Shown one piece after another: positions 11,935 to 26,573 of a stretch of 64,000 nt of DNA; position 1 is the stretch's first letter, and each line of letters begins with the position of its first letter. A program made the translations under genes and the position numbers. The DNA comes from an uncultured Verrucomicrobiae bacterium (GTDB lineage Bacteria; Verrucomicrobiota; Verrucomicrobiia; Chthoniobacterales; UBA10450). The notes below the pieces were generated by a model. That model did no database searches, was not told the DNA's origin, and saw nothing but the letters and a program-made list of their open reading frames with translations. The stretch covers positions 21,425-85,424 of the forward strand of contig CAWCST010000004.1 of NCBI GenBank assembly GCA_963798305.1. The letters run 5' to 3'.

Positions 11935-12156
11935 CGGCTACGGGCGGCGGAGTCATTGGGCGCTTGTCAGTTTGAGTCGTTCGGAATTGGCGGAGAGTTA
12001 ATCATCGCTTGGCATAACGGGGCAACGCCAAAATGCCGCATGCTCAACCTTTGATGATTCGCTAGTCGCTCTCTCGGCTGTTCTGCGCAATTCCAACAGT
12101 CTCGCCAAACTGAGACGGATGACGAACGAGAATGTCAATGAAATCTTGGACGCCGG

Positions 12157-13167
12157 ATGAACTGTGCTATTCTCCGGCGCTTCATGGCCCGGCCTTCTTT
12201 CTCATTCGATCAAAGAACGTTGTCGATCTTGCTTGCGGGCATGCTCAGCGCCGGCGGAATTTTCGCTGCCGCCCAAGCCGGGGCGCATAGTTCGACCCAG
12301 TCGATCCCCCGGTTCGAAGCGCTCCCCCTAGGCCGGTCGCTCCAGAATCATTTGCTCGTTCGCGCTTATATTAACGGCAAGCCCGCGTTGCTCGGCGTGG
12401 ACACAGGCGCGCCGGTTAGTGCGATTGCGTTAAAACGGCGCGATCATTTCCGGTTAAGCGGAATTCCCGGCGCTTCGAAATTGCCCGCGCGTCTCCAAAT
12501 CAACGGCGCATTTAACAATGTGGCCATCGCGCATAACTTTCGGCTCGGCGCGCTCAACTTGTTGGACGAACCGGTCGTCGTTGTCGATCTTAGCGCTTCT
12601 GGTCACGCCGCACGGATGCTTCGCGAGCAAGAGATCGATGGAATTCTCGGCGCCGACATTCTCTTTCCCACCGAAGCGGTCCTCGATTGCCAAACGCAGA
12701 CGCTGATTCTGAAAATTGATCCGGACGCTGGCGGGAGTCCCCCGGGTGTGGAGTATAGTGGCTTCCGCAAGGTCCCGATTCGGGTCAGCGATAGCTACAA
12801 CCTCTATGTCGATGGGGCGATAAACGGTGCGCCGGCCCGGCTCATGGTCGATACGGGTGCATTCGCGACGCTGCTCCATCGCGGATTCGTTCGCCGATTG
12901 CGGATCCCCTTGCGTGAAACGTCGTTCAGCTCCGCAGCAGTGAATCTGAGACAGCGTGGGGTCGAGCTCGCTCGCATTAGGCGGTTGTCGGTTGGTTCGG
13001 TCGATATTTTGGGCAAAGATGTGGGCGTGGTTGATCTGGAAGGCTTGATTCACGACGATTTGCTGCGAGGCGCACATCCGGTCGCTGGCTTGCTCGGCGC
13101 CGAAATCTTGCGGTCGCATCATGGTATTATCGACTTCAGGACGCGCACGCTTTACCTGAAGCGCTAA
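12157..13167 (+). CDS. secreted tandem retropepsin-like (clan AA) aspartic protease with two DTGA domains
   Basis: Intact 336-aa ORF with an N-terminal hydrophobic signal/anchor. Two repeats each carry a catalytic-type motif (LLGVDTGAPVS; LMVDTGAFAT) followed by GILGADIL / GLLGAEIL. Confidence 0.7.
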   Translation: MNCAILRRFMARPSFSFDQRTLSILLAGMLSAGGIFAAAQAGAHSSTQSIPRFEALPLGRSLQNHLLVRAYINGKPALLGVDTGAPVSAIALKRRDHFRLSGIPGASKLPARLQINGAFNNVAIAHNFRLGALNLLDEPVVVVDLSASGHAARMLREQEIDGILGADILFPTEAVLDCQTQTLILKIDPDAGGSPPGVEYSGFRKVPIRVSDSYNLYVDGAINGAPARLMVDTGAFATLLHRGFVRRLRIPLRETSFSSAAVNLRQRGVELARIRRLSVGSVDILGKDVGVVDLEGLIHDDLLRGAHPVAGLLGAEILRSHHGIIDFRTRTLYLKR

Positions 13168-13237
13168 GGCACCGGCTGCGGGCCGAACAGCCGCCGCCCG
13201 CGGCATATTCAAGCTGCTCGCAGGACACCACTGTCTC

Positions 13238-13262
13238 TTGACATGCAACCATGTGGTTGCAT
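13238..13262 (+). promoter_or_regulatory. candidate ArsR operator overlapping a -35-like TTGACA
   Basis: TTGACA at 13238, immediately followed by the perfect inverted repeat ATGCAACCA-TG-TGGTTGCAT (13243..13262), just upstream of or overlapping the ArsR start region. Confidence 0.45.
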
Positions 13263-13596
13263 GTGTCCCGTTGTGAATGTTATTTTTAAGGCGTTGGCTG
13301 ATTCCAGCCGACGTGCGCTGCTGGATCAGCTGCACAATAACAACGGCCAAACTTTGGGCGAACTTTGCCGGCATTTGGATATGACACGCCAGGCAGTTAC
13401 TAAGCATCTCGGCATTCTTGCGAAAGCGGATCTGGTCATCCCTCTCTGGCAGGGCCGCCAGAAGCTGCATTACCTAAACCCAGCTCCTCTCAAACAGATC
13501 TCCGAGCGTTGGATCGATAAATATGAAGGCGCCTGTCTCCGCGCGCTGAGCGATTTGGAAAGAGGCCTCGAAGAACTCAAACCCAAATCAAAATGA
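13243..13596 (+). CDS. ArsR/SmtB family transcriptional regulator (real start likely ATG 13261 or GTG 13273)
   Basis: FKALADSSRRALLDQL...LGELCRHLDMTRQAVTKHLGILAKADLV is a typical ArsR winged HTH. Confidence 0.85.
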   Translation: MQPCGCMCPVVNVIFKALADSSRRALLDQLHNNNGQTLGELCRHLDMTRQAVTKHLGILAKADLVIPLWQGRQKLHYLNPAPLKQISERWIDKYEGACLRALSDLERGLEELKPKSK

Positions 13597-13620
13597 AAAC
13601 CTTAAACTGCTTATGACTAG

Positions 13621-14041
13621 CTATTCGACGTCGATTTCGCGGACGCCTTTCTGTGCGCGAATGGCCTCGACCTGGTTCCGGATTTTATCGGCCAGGCCAA
13701 CTGTCGATGGGATCGCTTCGAATAAAAATGAATGGTGATGAAGTGTCCGACGTATTCAACTGCATGTTCTCGATGCCGACCAGCCGATAAAGAAACGGCT
13801 GTCGCGTCTCCAAGTCTTTCACGCGATACAATTCCAGCGTGTCAGTCACTTTGCTGAAAATGCCCTCGGTGGTTTTCAGCCGCTCCGTCGTCAGTTCGTA
13901 GATTTTATTTTTCGTTTGGAGATACCGGGCAAGCGCAATAAAGATCGGCACGATGAGCCAGCAAAAGAGTCCGCACAAAATGAAAAGGCCGAGATTCTTC
14001 CACTGCGACGATGCGCCGCGCCAAACAGTTTGTTCCGCCAT
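13621..14041 (-). CDS. bacterial PH-domain (bPH_2/YdbT-like) membrane protein; frame break at ~13715
   Basis: WRGASSQWKNLGLFILCGLF... two TM segments, then YELTTERLKTTEGIFSK...ELYRVKDL. After a frame change the C-terminus reads GLADKIRNQVEAIRAQKGVREIDVE-stop at 13621. Confidence 0.7.
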
Positions 14042-14058
14042 GCGGAATTGTTAGCCCG

Positions 14059-15018
14059 ATGCCTTTAATCACACAAGCATTCGTCCTCGGTGCCGGACTT
14101 GGGAAACGCGTTTGCGACCGCTCACGGACGATTTGCCCAAGCCGCTCATTCCGATTTTCCAAAAGCCGCTCATCACCTTCGCGCTCGATCATTTAGATCG
14201 ACATCGGCGTGGAGTCTTTCATCATAAACACACACAAGTTGCCGGACTCTTTTCGAGCGATTTTTTTCGGACGAACGACTACGCGGGTCATCCGATCACA
14301 CTGGTGAACGAGCCCGATCTCCTCGAGACCGGCGGCGGCATCAAGAACGTCGAATCCCAACTCGGAGTCGAAACCATTCATAACCTATAGCGGCGACATC
14401 CTCACTGATGTCGATCTGCAACCATTGATTGATGAGCATTTCCGCTGCGGAAACGATGTCACGCTGGCGTTGCGCGAAACCGGTCTTGGCAGCAGCCGTC
14501 GCTTTCCGCGATGGTCGCGTGGTCGACATCCCGAAGCGTTACGGGGTATGCAGGCGACTGTGACTTCGCCAATATCGCGGTTTGGAATCCCGAGATTTTC
14601 GAGCGAATTCCACCAAACAAGAAACTTTCTTTCATTCCGATCATCGCGGATTGGATCGGCGCAGAGCGGCAAAATCGGCGGCGTTGTCCTCAATGAGGGC
14701 AAATGGTTCAACATTGGTTCGCGGACTGAATATCTCGAAGTGCATCGGATGATCTCGAGAGAAAGGTGGAAACCACGTTATGTAAAAACGGGCGGATGGC
14801 CTGAGCAAATCGCTGCCAGCGCCATCGTCGATCCGAGCGCGCAGTTACGCGGCTGCTCGGTCGTTGGCGCAGATTGCCAGGTCGGGAGCAGACGCGATTC
14901 TCGAGGACACAATTTTGTGGCCAGGTGCACAAATTGCTTCCCGAAGCGAGTTGTTCAAGGTTGTATTGTCCGCTCCCGCCAAAAAGCCAGCGGCACTCAT
15001 CGCAACATCGACATCTGA
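14059..15018 (+). CDS. sugar-1-phosphate nucleotidyltransferase, MurU-like (N-acetylmuramate-1-P uridylyltransferase type); roughly 8 frame breaks
   Basis: The reconstructed reading is MPLITQAFVLGAGLGKR / RPLTDDLPKPLIPIFQKPLI / IDIGVESFIINTH / EPDLLETGGGIKNV / YSGDILTDVDL / ANIAVWNPEIF / KWFNIGSRTEYLEVH, scattered over all three forward frames. Confidence 0.6.
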
Positions 15019-15022
15019 GCCC

Positions 15023-16000
15023 ATGAGAACCGATCTCCTTCTTCGCCAAACGCGAATCGTACTTCCCGCGCTTCGATGTCGACAAAGTAAAAATCGCGCC
15101 GATCGAAAAAGGCGGCTCGGACCGGAAATTTTATCGAGTGCGTTGTTCGCCGGAGCAGACGTTAATTCTGGTTAAATACAATCTCGAGCGCGAAGAAAAT
15201 CGGCACTACGTCCAGATCGCGACAGTTCCTTGCCGAGCATGGCATTCGGGCGTTCCGAAGATTTATTATCACGATCCGGACGAGGGATTGATCTGGCTCG
15301 AAGATCTGGGCGAGAGAGGATTTGTTCAGTTATCGGCGAGGAAAGCTGGCTGGTGCGCCGAGCGTTTTACGAATCGGCCTTGGATGAAGTCGCCAGATTG
15401 CACGGTTTGCCGGAATCGGTTTGCGTAGAAATGCGGGAGCATTTGCCGGCTGAGTTCAATGCCGCGCTTATATGTTTGGGAACAGAACTATTTTTTCGAG
15501 AACTGCCTCGGCCGGCTATTTCAAAATCGGCAGTCGGAAAGAAGCGAACTCGCCAGTTTGCCCGCTTTGCGCGAAATTGCAGAGCGCCTCGCGACGCTTG
15601 CCGCGAGTTTTGGTGCATCGCGATTTTCAATCGCAGAACATTCTCGTCCGCAACGGCCAGGCATACCTGATCGATTTTCAGGGCATGCGGCCCGGCCTGG
15701 CGGAGTACGATCTTGGGTCGCTGCTTTTGATCCCTATGTCGACCTTTCAAGCGAGGAGCGCATCGAGCTGATTGATTATTACCGAAGATCCGGGCGGCAA
15801 ATGGAAGCATCGTAAATGGCGAGTTCGACGAGAAGCTGCGATTGTGCGCGATGCAGCGGCTGATGCAGGCACTGGGCGCATATGGCTTCCTCGGCTGGGT
15901 CAAAGGCCACAAGCATTTTCTCAAACACATCCCGGCGGCGATGAGTTCGCTGAGGTCGATCGTTGAAATTGACGGATCTCGCCGGTTTGGAGAAACCTGA
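15023..16000 (+). CDS. aminoglycoside-phosphotransferase-fold sugar kinase, AmgK-like; many frame breaks
   Basis: Fragments read IEKGGSDRKFYRV, PKIYYHDPDEGLIWLEDLG, PRVLVHRDFQSQNILV, AYLIDFQGMRPG, and a C-terminal QRLMQALGAYGF...-stop at 16000. It lies directly downstream of the MurU-like gene, as in the known amgK/murU salvage pair. Confidence 0.55.
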
Positions 16001-16019
16001 ACTCAGACTATACTCGCGC

Positions 16020-16634
16020 TTAACTGACGAACGGATTCGTTAGCCGTTCGGTCCCGATTTTCGTCGGCGGCCCGTGACCTGGTAGGACGGTCACGTTGTC
16101 GCCGAGGGGAAATAGTTTCTTTCTGATCCCCTCGAACAAAAGATCGGCATCTCCGCCGGGCAAATCCCAGCGGCCGACGCCGCCCGCAAAAAGAACGTCG
16201 CCGCCGATGAGCAATTCGTCTTTGCGCGAAAAGAAGCAGAGGCTGCCGGGGCAATGTCCGGGAACTTCAAGCACTTGCATTTCCAGACCGAGAAAGTTCC
16301 GGGCCGGCGTTTCTTCGATCAAAAAAATCTGGCGTCGACCGGTTCGATTTCCAATTCAAAACCGAAATTGCGAAAGAAGTCCGGATCGGAAATCATCGGC
16401 GCGGTTTCGGGATGACAGCCGATCTGACAATCGAAACGCCGCTTGATCTTCGCAACGTCCTGGACGTGATCGATGTGTCCATGGGTGAGCAGCAAGAGTC
16501 TTCAGATCGAGATCGCGAGATTCGAGCCACTGGCAGGCGCCATCGGGCGCGTCGAACAAAATCCAACCCTTCGGGGCCGCAATGAGATAGCAGTTAGTCT
16601 CGAAAATGCCGCCGCAGAAAGCCTCGTAAATCAT
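16020..16634 (-). CDS. MBL-fold metallo-hydrolase (glyoxalase II-like); 2 frame breaks
   Basis: MIYEAFCGGIFETNCYLI, then (after a frame change) LLTHGHIDHV, then LEVPGHCPGSLCFF, GDVLFAGGVGRWDLPGG and LPGHGPPT. Confidence 0.75.
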
Positions 16635-16868
16635 CGTTGCTGTTGCTGTTTCAAGTCGAACGTAGCAATATTCTTTTCCCAATGTTTTCGGCCCAAAACG
16701 CGCATCCGCATTTTAGGCGATCTGGAACGGAAGCTGCATGACGCGGGAATCTTTTCCCCATTTTTGAATGTTCATGCGCCGTCGGTTGTCTCACCTCCTC
16801 ACATGTGATAAGGGCTGTTGTTTGCGTTTCAGGCTGAAATCTGCGAACATGGGGGCCCGCTTTTTCCG

Positions 16869-19095
16869 ATGAAATCACGTTTTGGTCTATTGCTGGCAGT
16901 TTCCGTCGTCGCTCTTTTCGTTGCTGCGGGGCCACAACCGCTTCAGGCGAAGTCGGATGCGGAGCAGATTTGCGTCTCAGTCGGCCGGCTCCTTGAAGAG
17001 GGACACTACACTCGCCAGCCGCTCAACGACCAGATGTCGCAGAAGTTTCTGCGCAGACTTATCTCGAGCTGCTCGATTTCAGTCACCTTTTTTTCACCCA
17101 GAAAGATGTCGATGCTTTGACTGCGAAATACGGCACTGCGTTGGATGATGACGTTCTGCTGGGAAATCTCAAGCCCGCCTACGAAATCTACGATCTCTAT
17201 CAGAAGCGTGTTGACGAGCGCGTCGCTAAAATCAAGGAGCTGCTCAAACAGCCGATGGATTTCAAAGACCGATGCCAGCATCGAGTTGAGCCGGCAAAAA
17301 GCGCCGTGGCCGAAGGATGAAGCGGAAGCGGATCAGCTTTGGCGCGGCCGCATCGCCAGCGAATTGCTTCAGGAGAAGTTGAGCGAGCACCCGATTGAGC
17401 CCGGTCCGCAACTGGTGGCCCGCCGTTATGATCGCATCGCGCGCAACGTGCACGAAGAAGACAGGGACGAGCAAGTGAAGCTTTACCTCGACGCGCTAGC
17501 GCAAACTTACGATCCGCACTCGGAATATCTCGAGCAAAGCCGACTTTAAGAATTTCAACATTCAGATGGGCCTCTCGCTGGTCGGTATCGGCGCGATGCT
17601 GCGGACCGAAGATGGTTACGCGAAGATCGAGAGCCTGGTGCCAGGCGGTCCGGCCCAGGCAGATGGACGATTGAAAGGTGGGCGATCGAATCACCGCCGT
17701 TGCGCAGGGCCAAAATGAATTTGTCGATGTTCGCGACATGCGGCTCGACAAAGTGGTGGAAATGATTCGCGGCAAAAAAGGGACGCACGTGCGCCTGCTC
17801 GCGATTCCGGCCAACGCGCCAGATCCTTCTCAACGCAAGAGTGTCGAGCTCGTGCGCGATGAAATTAAACTGAAGGACCAGGAAGCGCGCGCTGACATCA
17901 TTATTAAGAAGGATGAAAACGGCGACCCGGTGAAGCTCGGCTGGCTCACGCTCCCGTCATTTTACGCCGACATGGACAGCACCAGAAGAGTACCACTCGC
18001 GATGTCCTTGCGCTGCTCAAGCGGCTAAAGAAGGAAAACATCGCCGGGCTGGTTGTCGATCTTCGCCGCAACGGCGGCGGCTCACTCGAGGAAGCGATCT
18101 CGCTTACCGGATTATTTTTGAAATCGGGGCCGATCGTGCAAACGAAAGAGTTCCAACGGGAACATCATTATTTCGAACGATCCCGATCCGGGTATCGCTT
18201 ATTCGGGCCCGCTCGTGGTGTTGACCAGCCGGCAAAGCGCTTCGGCCAGCGAAATCTTTGCCGCTGCGCTTCAGGATTACGGACGCGCGGTCATCGTCGG
18301 CGACAAGAACACTTTGGTAAAGGCACGGTGCAAACCATCCTCCCGATCGGCCGGTTCACTTCGCTGCTTAGGCAGCCGTTCCGACGATGACGGCGAGCTG
18401 AAGTTGACCATCCAAAAATTTTATCGCGTTGCCGGCGGGTCCACCCAACTCCACGGTGTCGCCTCCGATATCGTGCTGCCGAGCTTGACCGATCTGCCGG
18501 AATTCGGCGAAGGCGCGCTTGAAGAATTGCTTGCCCTACGACGAAGTGCCGAAAGCTCGTTACACGAAGTGGTCGGACACGCATCCGCTCTTCATCGAGG
18601 AATTGAAGCGGCGCTCGTCGGAACGCGTCCAGAACAATCCGGAGTTCCATTACGTGATGGAGGACATGGAGCGGCTGCGTCACAAGCTCGACGATAATCG
18701 CATTTCCTTGAACGAAGATGCGCGACGCAAGGAACTCCAGGACGACAAACTTCGGAAAGAAACGCGTTCAAAGGATCGGCTCGCCCGCCACGACGAAGAG
18801 CCGAGCATTTATCGGCTTACTCTCGACACCGTCGACAAGCCGAATCTCCAATTGATCATGTTCCCGGGCAAACTGGCAGCCGCTAAGGCGAACGGCGTCC
18901 CCACAAAGGTTTCACCGGAAGCTGCGCCCGACGATGAATCGGACGTGATCGGCGCGCGACGACGACACGAAAGAACCCGCGATCGATCCCGAGCGCGACG
19001 AGACCTTAAATATCTTGGCCGATCTTGTCGATCTTTCCCGCGGGCCAAAGACGGCCAGCACGAACGTCAAGAAATCAGCCGAGCAGCGGCCGTAA
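16869..19095 (+). CDS. prc: S41 tail-specific / C-terminal processing protease; many frame breaks
   Basis: Signal peptide MKSRFGLLLAVSVVALF. Also LDFSHLFFTQKDVD, a PDZ region (GIGAMLRTEDGYAKIESLVPGGPA), DLRRNGGGSLEEA, LVVLTSRQSASASEIFAAALQDYGRAVIVG, and a DUF3340-like tail. The pieces sit in at least 8 ORF fragments. The stop is inferred at 19095. Confidence 0.8.
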
Positions 19096-19169
19096 GTTCT
19101 CTGTCGGGTGAGCGCACGCGCGTCCGTGTTGGTAATCGGCGCCTCGCCGATCAACTTTGAATCACCGGC

Positions 19170-19927
19170 TCACGGATAAACCGGACGCGACTCGTAAATC
19201 TGAGTGCGCGGTTCGTAGTGCGGACCGATCGGCTGCCTGAACCACGGCCAGGGTCCGCGTTGCGGCTGCGGACCAAATCTAAAAAACTGATTTGCTCCTG
19301 GCGTGCGGCCGAAAACAGTAACCGGCGTGCCCACTTCCACTGCTTGATAAAACGCGATCGCCAATTGTTCGGGCATGCGAACACAACCATGTGACGCCGG
19401 ATAACCAGGTAAGTAACCCGCGTGCATTCCATCGGCGCCGTGAAACCGCATGAAATAGCGCATCGGCGCCGGAATGAATTTGCCGCCGCGCGGAACTTTC
19501 ATATCGACGTCGGCATCTGCAACAACGGTGCGGCCGCTGCGCGTCGACGATCTTTCCGTAAATGCTCGAATAATGATTTAGCTCTTTCTCGATCACTTTG
19601 AACGAGCCGGTTGCCGTGAGGTGTCCATAGCGACCGCTTGAAATTGGCGACTGCATGACGACGCGACCGTCCACGAATCAGATAGGCGGTCTGTTGGCTC
19701 AGATCGATCTCGACTCGATACGGGCTCTCAGTTTGCGCCGACACCGAATGATCGCGACCGAAAGCACAGATTAGTGCTCCCCAGACTACGCCTTCACACT
19801 TTCTTTCAACCCGCGCGCGGTGAAATCTCAGAAAGTCGCAACTGTGGTGGCAGCCGTCCTCGGCTGCGTGTTTTGTTTTTGCAGGCGAGACGCCTGCCTC
19901 CAGAAATCGCATGCCTGTCGCACGCAA
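19170..19927 (-). CDS. L,D-transpeptidase (YkuD domain); 2-3 frame breaks; N-terminus uncertain
   Basis: VEIDLSQQTAYLI, SPISSGRYGHLTATGSFKV, MRYFMRF and the catalytic SHGCVRMP motif, across ORFs 19499..19927, 19279..19674 and 19170..19502. Confidence 0.75.
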
Positions 19928-19990
19928 TCTTCACGGCGATACGCGTGCAACTGTCTAATGAGCGCTTGGCTCGACGATCGTTTGCGACGA

Positions 19991-20786
19991 TCAAACCGCG
20001 ATCGGCGCTTTGATCGACGGATGCGGGTCGTAATCGACCAGCTCGAAGTCTTCGAACTTGAAGTCGCGAATGTTTTTCACCGCGGGATTCAGTTTCATCC
20101 GCGGCAAAGGCCGGCATTCACGGGTCAGCTGTTCGCGCGCTTGGTCGAGATGGTTTTGGTAAAGATGCAGGTCGCCAAAGGTGTGGACGAAATCGCCAGG
20201 CGTCAGATCGACAACTTGCGCGACCATCAACGTAAGCAGCGCATAGCTCGCGATGTTGAACGGCACGCCGAGAAATAGATCGGCGCTGCGTTGGTAAAGC
20301 TGGCAGCTCAGCTCGCCGTCCTGGACGTAAAACTGAAAGAGCACGTGACACGGCGGCAACGCCATCTTGCTCGATCTCGGCCGGATTCCACGCGCTCACG
20401 ATTAAACGCCGGCTGTCCGGATTTTTTTTGATCTGCGCGATCACATTGTCGATCTGATCGACGCGCACGCCATTTTCGCCGCGCCAATCGCGCCATTGCG
20501 CGCCGTAAACGCGGCCGAGATCGCCATTTTCATCCGCCCACTCGTCCCAAATCGTCACGCCGTGCTCGTTGAGATAATTGATGTTGGTGTCGCCGCGCAA
20601 GAACCAGAGCAGCTCGTAAATGATCGATTTGATGTGCAGCTTTTTCGTCGTCAGCAGCGGAAATTTCTCGCGCAGATCAAACCGCGCTTGCGCGCCGAAG
20701 ATCGACAACGTGCCGGTGCCGGTGCGATCGGCTTGCGGTTGGCCTTGTTCGAGAACGAGTCGAAGAAGATCGTGATATTGCCGCAC
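19991..20786 (-). CDS. thyA: thymidylate synthase; one frame break at ~20365
   Basis: MRQYHDLL...[26 protein letters not shown] then [34 protein letters not shown]. ORFs 20118..20786 plus 19991..20365. Confidence 0.9.
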
Positions 20787-20958
20787 GCGAAAACGTTAAC
20801 GTCGCCGCGACATTTTCGCCAAAACAAAAAGTTGCGCGTCCGGCAGCGAGTCTGCGTCGCGCGATGTTAATTTAGTGGCGGCTGCAGCCGCCATTATTGG
20901 CATCGAGGTCCCGAGCCTGACGGGCAGAAGGGACTGCTCGATTCACTGTCGATTCTCG

Positions 20959-21318
20959 CTAGCTCTTCAGCGAGGCGAGTTTTTTCGAGCTGCTGCTTTG
21001 CGCTCGTTCAACGTTTGCAGACGCAACTGCCAGCGATGCAATTGAATGCTGAGCTGATTGATGTAACCGGTGATTTCGGTCCGTTGCGATTCGTTCTCCT
21101 TTAAGTGCCGCTGAATTTCTTGCGACTGTGCGATGGTGTCCGCGGTCGGCTCGGCCGGCTTTCGGAACGAAGGTTGGCTTACCGCAACGTTGGCAACTCA
21201 AAGTCATTCCCGCAGCCGATCGATTCACCACCAGCGTGCTTTGCAGTGATCGCAATGGAAGAAGATGTCGGGATCGTTTTTACTTAGTGTCGGAATGTTT
21301 CCTGCGGCGTTTGCATCA
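20959..21318 (-). CDS. hypothetical small zinc-ribbon plus coiled-coil protein; frame breaks; boundaries uncertain
   Basis: Reverse-strand pieces read FFHCDHCKA...LSCQRCGKPTFVP (CxxC...CxxC), then in another frame IAQSQEIQRHLKENESQRTEITGYINQLSIQLHRWQLRLQTLNERK. Confidence 0.3.
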
Positions 21319-21522
21319 GCACTAACCAACGAGCAGACGCTATACCAAATCCCGGCCAACCCGGAAGCCGGACGCGACTTTAGAACAGGCGTGGCGCATT
21401 GGCTCTGATGCCATGGTTTAAGGTGGTTAAACCGAGACGCATTGTCTCTTTTTGACGCCTGCAGAGATAGATGGCTGATATCGCGTTAACTTCTTATTAG
21501 CAACGGCTTAACCTATAATTGA

Positions 21523-23558
<2,036 letters not shown>

Positions 23559-23645
23559 ACGAAACAATTTGCCGGCGGCTGATCGCAACGATTGACAGTC
23601 GCCGGCTCAACCCAAAAAAACCAGAAGGAGCAAAGACAACAACTT

Positions 23646-23941
23646 ATGGCAACAGTTAACGTAAAACCGCTCGGAGATCGGGTGCTGGTGCAGCCGATTG
23701 AAGAGCAGGAAGTGAAAAAGGGCGGGATCATTATTCCCGATACCGCGAAAGAAAAACCGCAGGAGGGCAAAGTGGTCGCTCTCGGCACCGGGAAAATCGA
23801 CGACAACGGCAAGGAGTCGATTTCACCGTGAAGAAAGGGGACAAGGTGCTGATTTCGAAATACGGCGGCACCGAAATCAAGATCGACAACGAGACATACC
23901 TGATCATGCGCGAGGACGACATCCTCGGCATCATCGGTTGA
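23646..23941 (+). CDS. groES: co-chaperonin GroES; one frame break at ~23825
   Basis: [47 protein letters not shown], then [20 protein letters not shown]. The break fits loss of one T in a T run. AAGGAG RBS upstream. Confidence 0.9.
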
Positions 23942-23944
23942 TGA

Positions 23945-25630
<1,686 letters not shown>

Positions 25631-25677
25631 ACCCCGAAGAATTTCGGGGCTAAGCCGAAACAACAAATGAATCACAG

Positions 25678-25713
25678 CAGCCGGGTCAGAAATGGCCCGG
25701 CTGTTTTGTTTTT
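25678..25713 (+). terminator. rho-independent terminator after groEL
   Basis: Stem CAGCCGGG (25678..25685) pairs with CCCGGCTG (25696..25703), followed by TTTTGTTTTT. A smaller hairpin CCCCGAA/TTCGGGG lies at ~25632..25650. Confidence 0.7.
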
Positions 25714-25724
25714 GAAGCTGAAGA

Positions 25725-26567
25725 ATGGAAATCGACGCAAATAGTAAAACCGACGATTCCGCGGAACTCCTTGCGGATGCGTTTAGCGCTGAACTCGCGA
25801 AGCTGGAACCTACTCGGCAGCAGCGCGTGCTTCGCAAGTTTGTTCTGGCGGCGTTAGGAAGTATCCCATGGGTGGGTGGGTTTATGTCGGCACTCGCAAC
25901 TATTAAGGATGACGAAGCTCAGGCAAAAACCGATAACCTACAGAAGCAGTGGCTTGAGGAACACGCGCGCAAAATTAAAGAACTCGCGAGCACCTTATTT
26001 CAGATGATCAGTCGCCTCGAATCGTTCGGCGATGATGTAAAAAAGCGAATCGAGAGTGAGGAATATCTAACTCTGATCCGAAAAGGATTTCGACAATGGG
26101 ATGAAGCGGACACACAGGAGAAAAAGAAACTGATCGCCAACCTGCTGATCAATTCGGGCGCGACCCAGCTGACGAGCGATGATGTGATTCGATTGTTTCT
26201 CGATTGGATTAATCTTTACCACGAGATCCACTTTTCAGTCATCAAAGAGGTTTATCGTAAACCAGGCAGCACAAGGGCCGCGATTTGGCGCAACATCCAT
26301 GGTGAGTTTCCGCGCGAAGATTCGGCGGAGGCCGATCTTTTTAAGCTGCTCATTCGGGACTTAACTATGGGGGGCGTCATTCGACAGCATCGCGAAACAA
26401 CGTACGATGGTAAATTTATTGCGAAAAAACCATCGAGAACCGGAATAGCAACAGGAACGATGAAGTCCGCATTCGATGACCAAGAGCCCTACGAACTGAC
26501 TGAGTTGGGCAGGCAATTTGTCCATTATACAATGGAGGAGGTCGTTCCGCGTATTGCGGGGCGATAG
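25725..26567 (+). CDS. hypothetical protein (280 aa, intact, no family recognised)
   Basis: Long intact ORF that begins right after the groEL terminator. One hydrophobic segment (FVLAALGSIPWVGGFMSALATI), coiled-coil-like middle, possible winged-helix-like C-terminal half. More A/T-ending codons than its neighbours, by eye. Confidence 0.6.
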   Translation: MEIDANSKTDDSAELLADAFSAELAKLEPTRQQRVLRKFVLAALGSIPWVGGFMSALATIKDDEAQAKTDNLQKQWLEEHARKIKELASTLFQMISRLESFGDDVKKRIESEEYLTLIRKGFRQWDEADTQEKKKLIANLLINSGATQLTSDDVIRLFLDWINLYHEIHFSVIKEVYRKPGSTRAAIWRNIHGEFPREDSAEADLFKLLIRDLTMGGVIRQHRETTYDGKFIAKKPSRTGIATGTMKSAFDDQEPYELTELGRQFVHYTMEEVVPRIAGR

Positions 26568-26573
26568 GCTGGC

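Noticed and set aside
11935-12156. 5' leader of the second APC permease as an amino-acid riboswitch.
   Set aside because: No lysine or glycine riboswitch core motifs are recognisable by eye. It would need a covariance-model scan.
20878-20893. Perfect 16-nt palindrome GGCGGCTGCAGCCGCC as a terminator.
   Set aside because: No T-tract or A-tract flanks it on either strand. It may be a hairpin, but I cannot support a terminator call.
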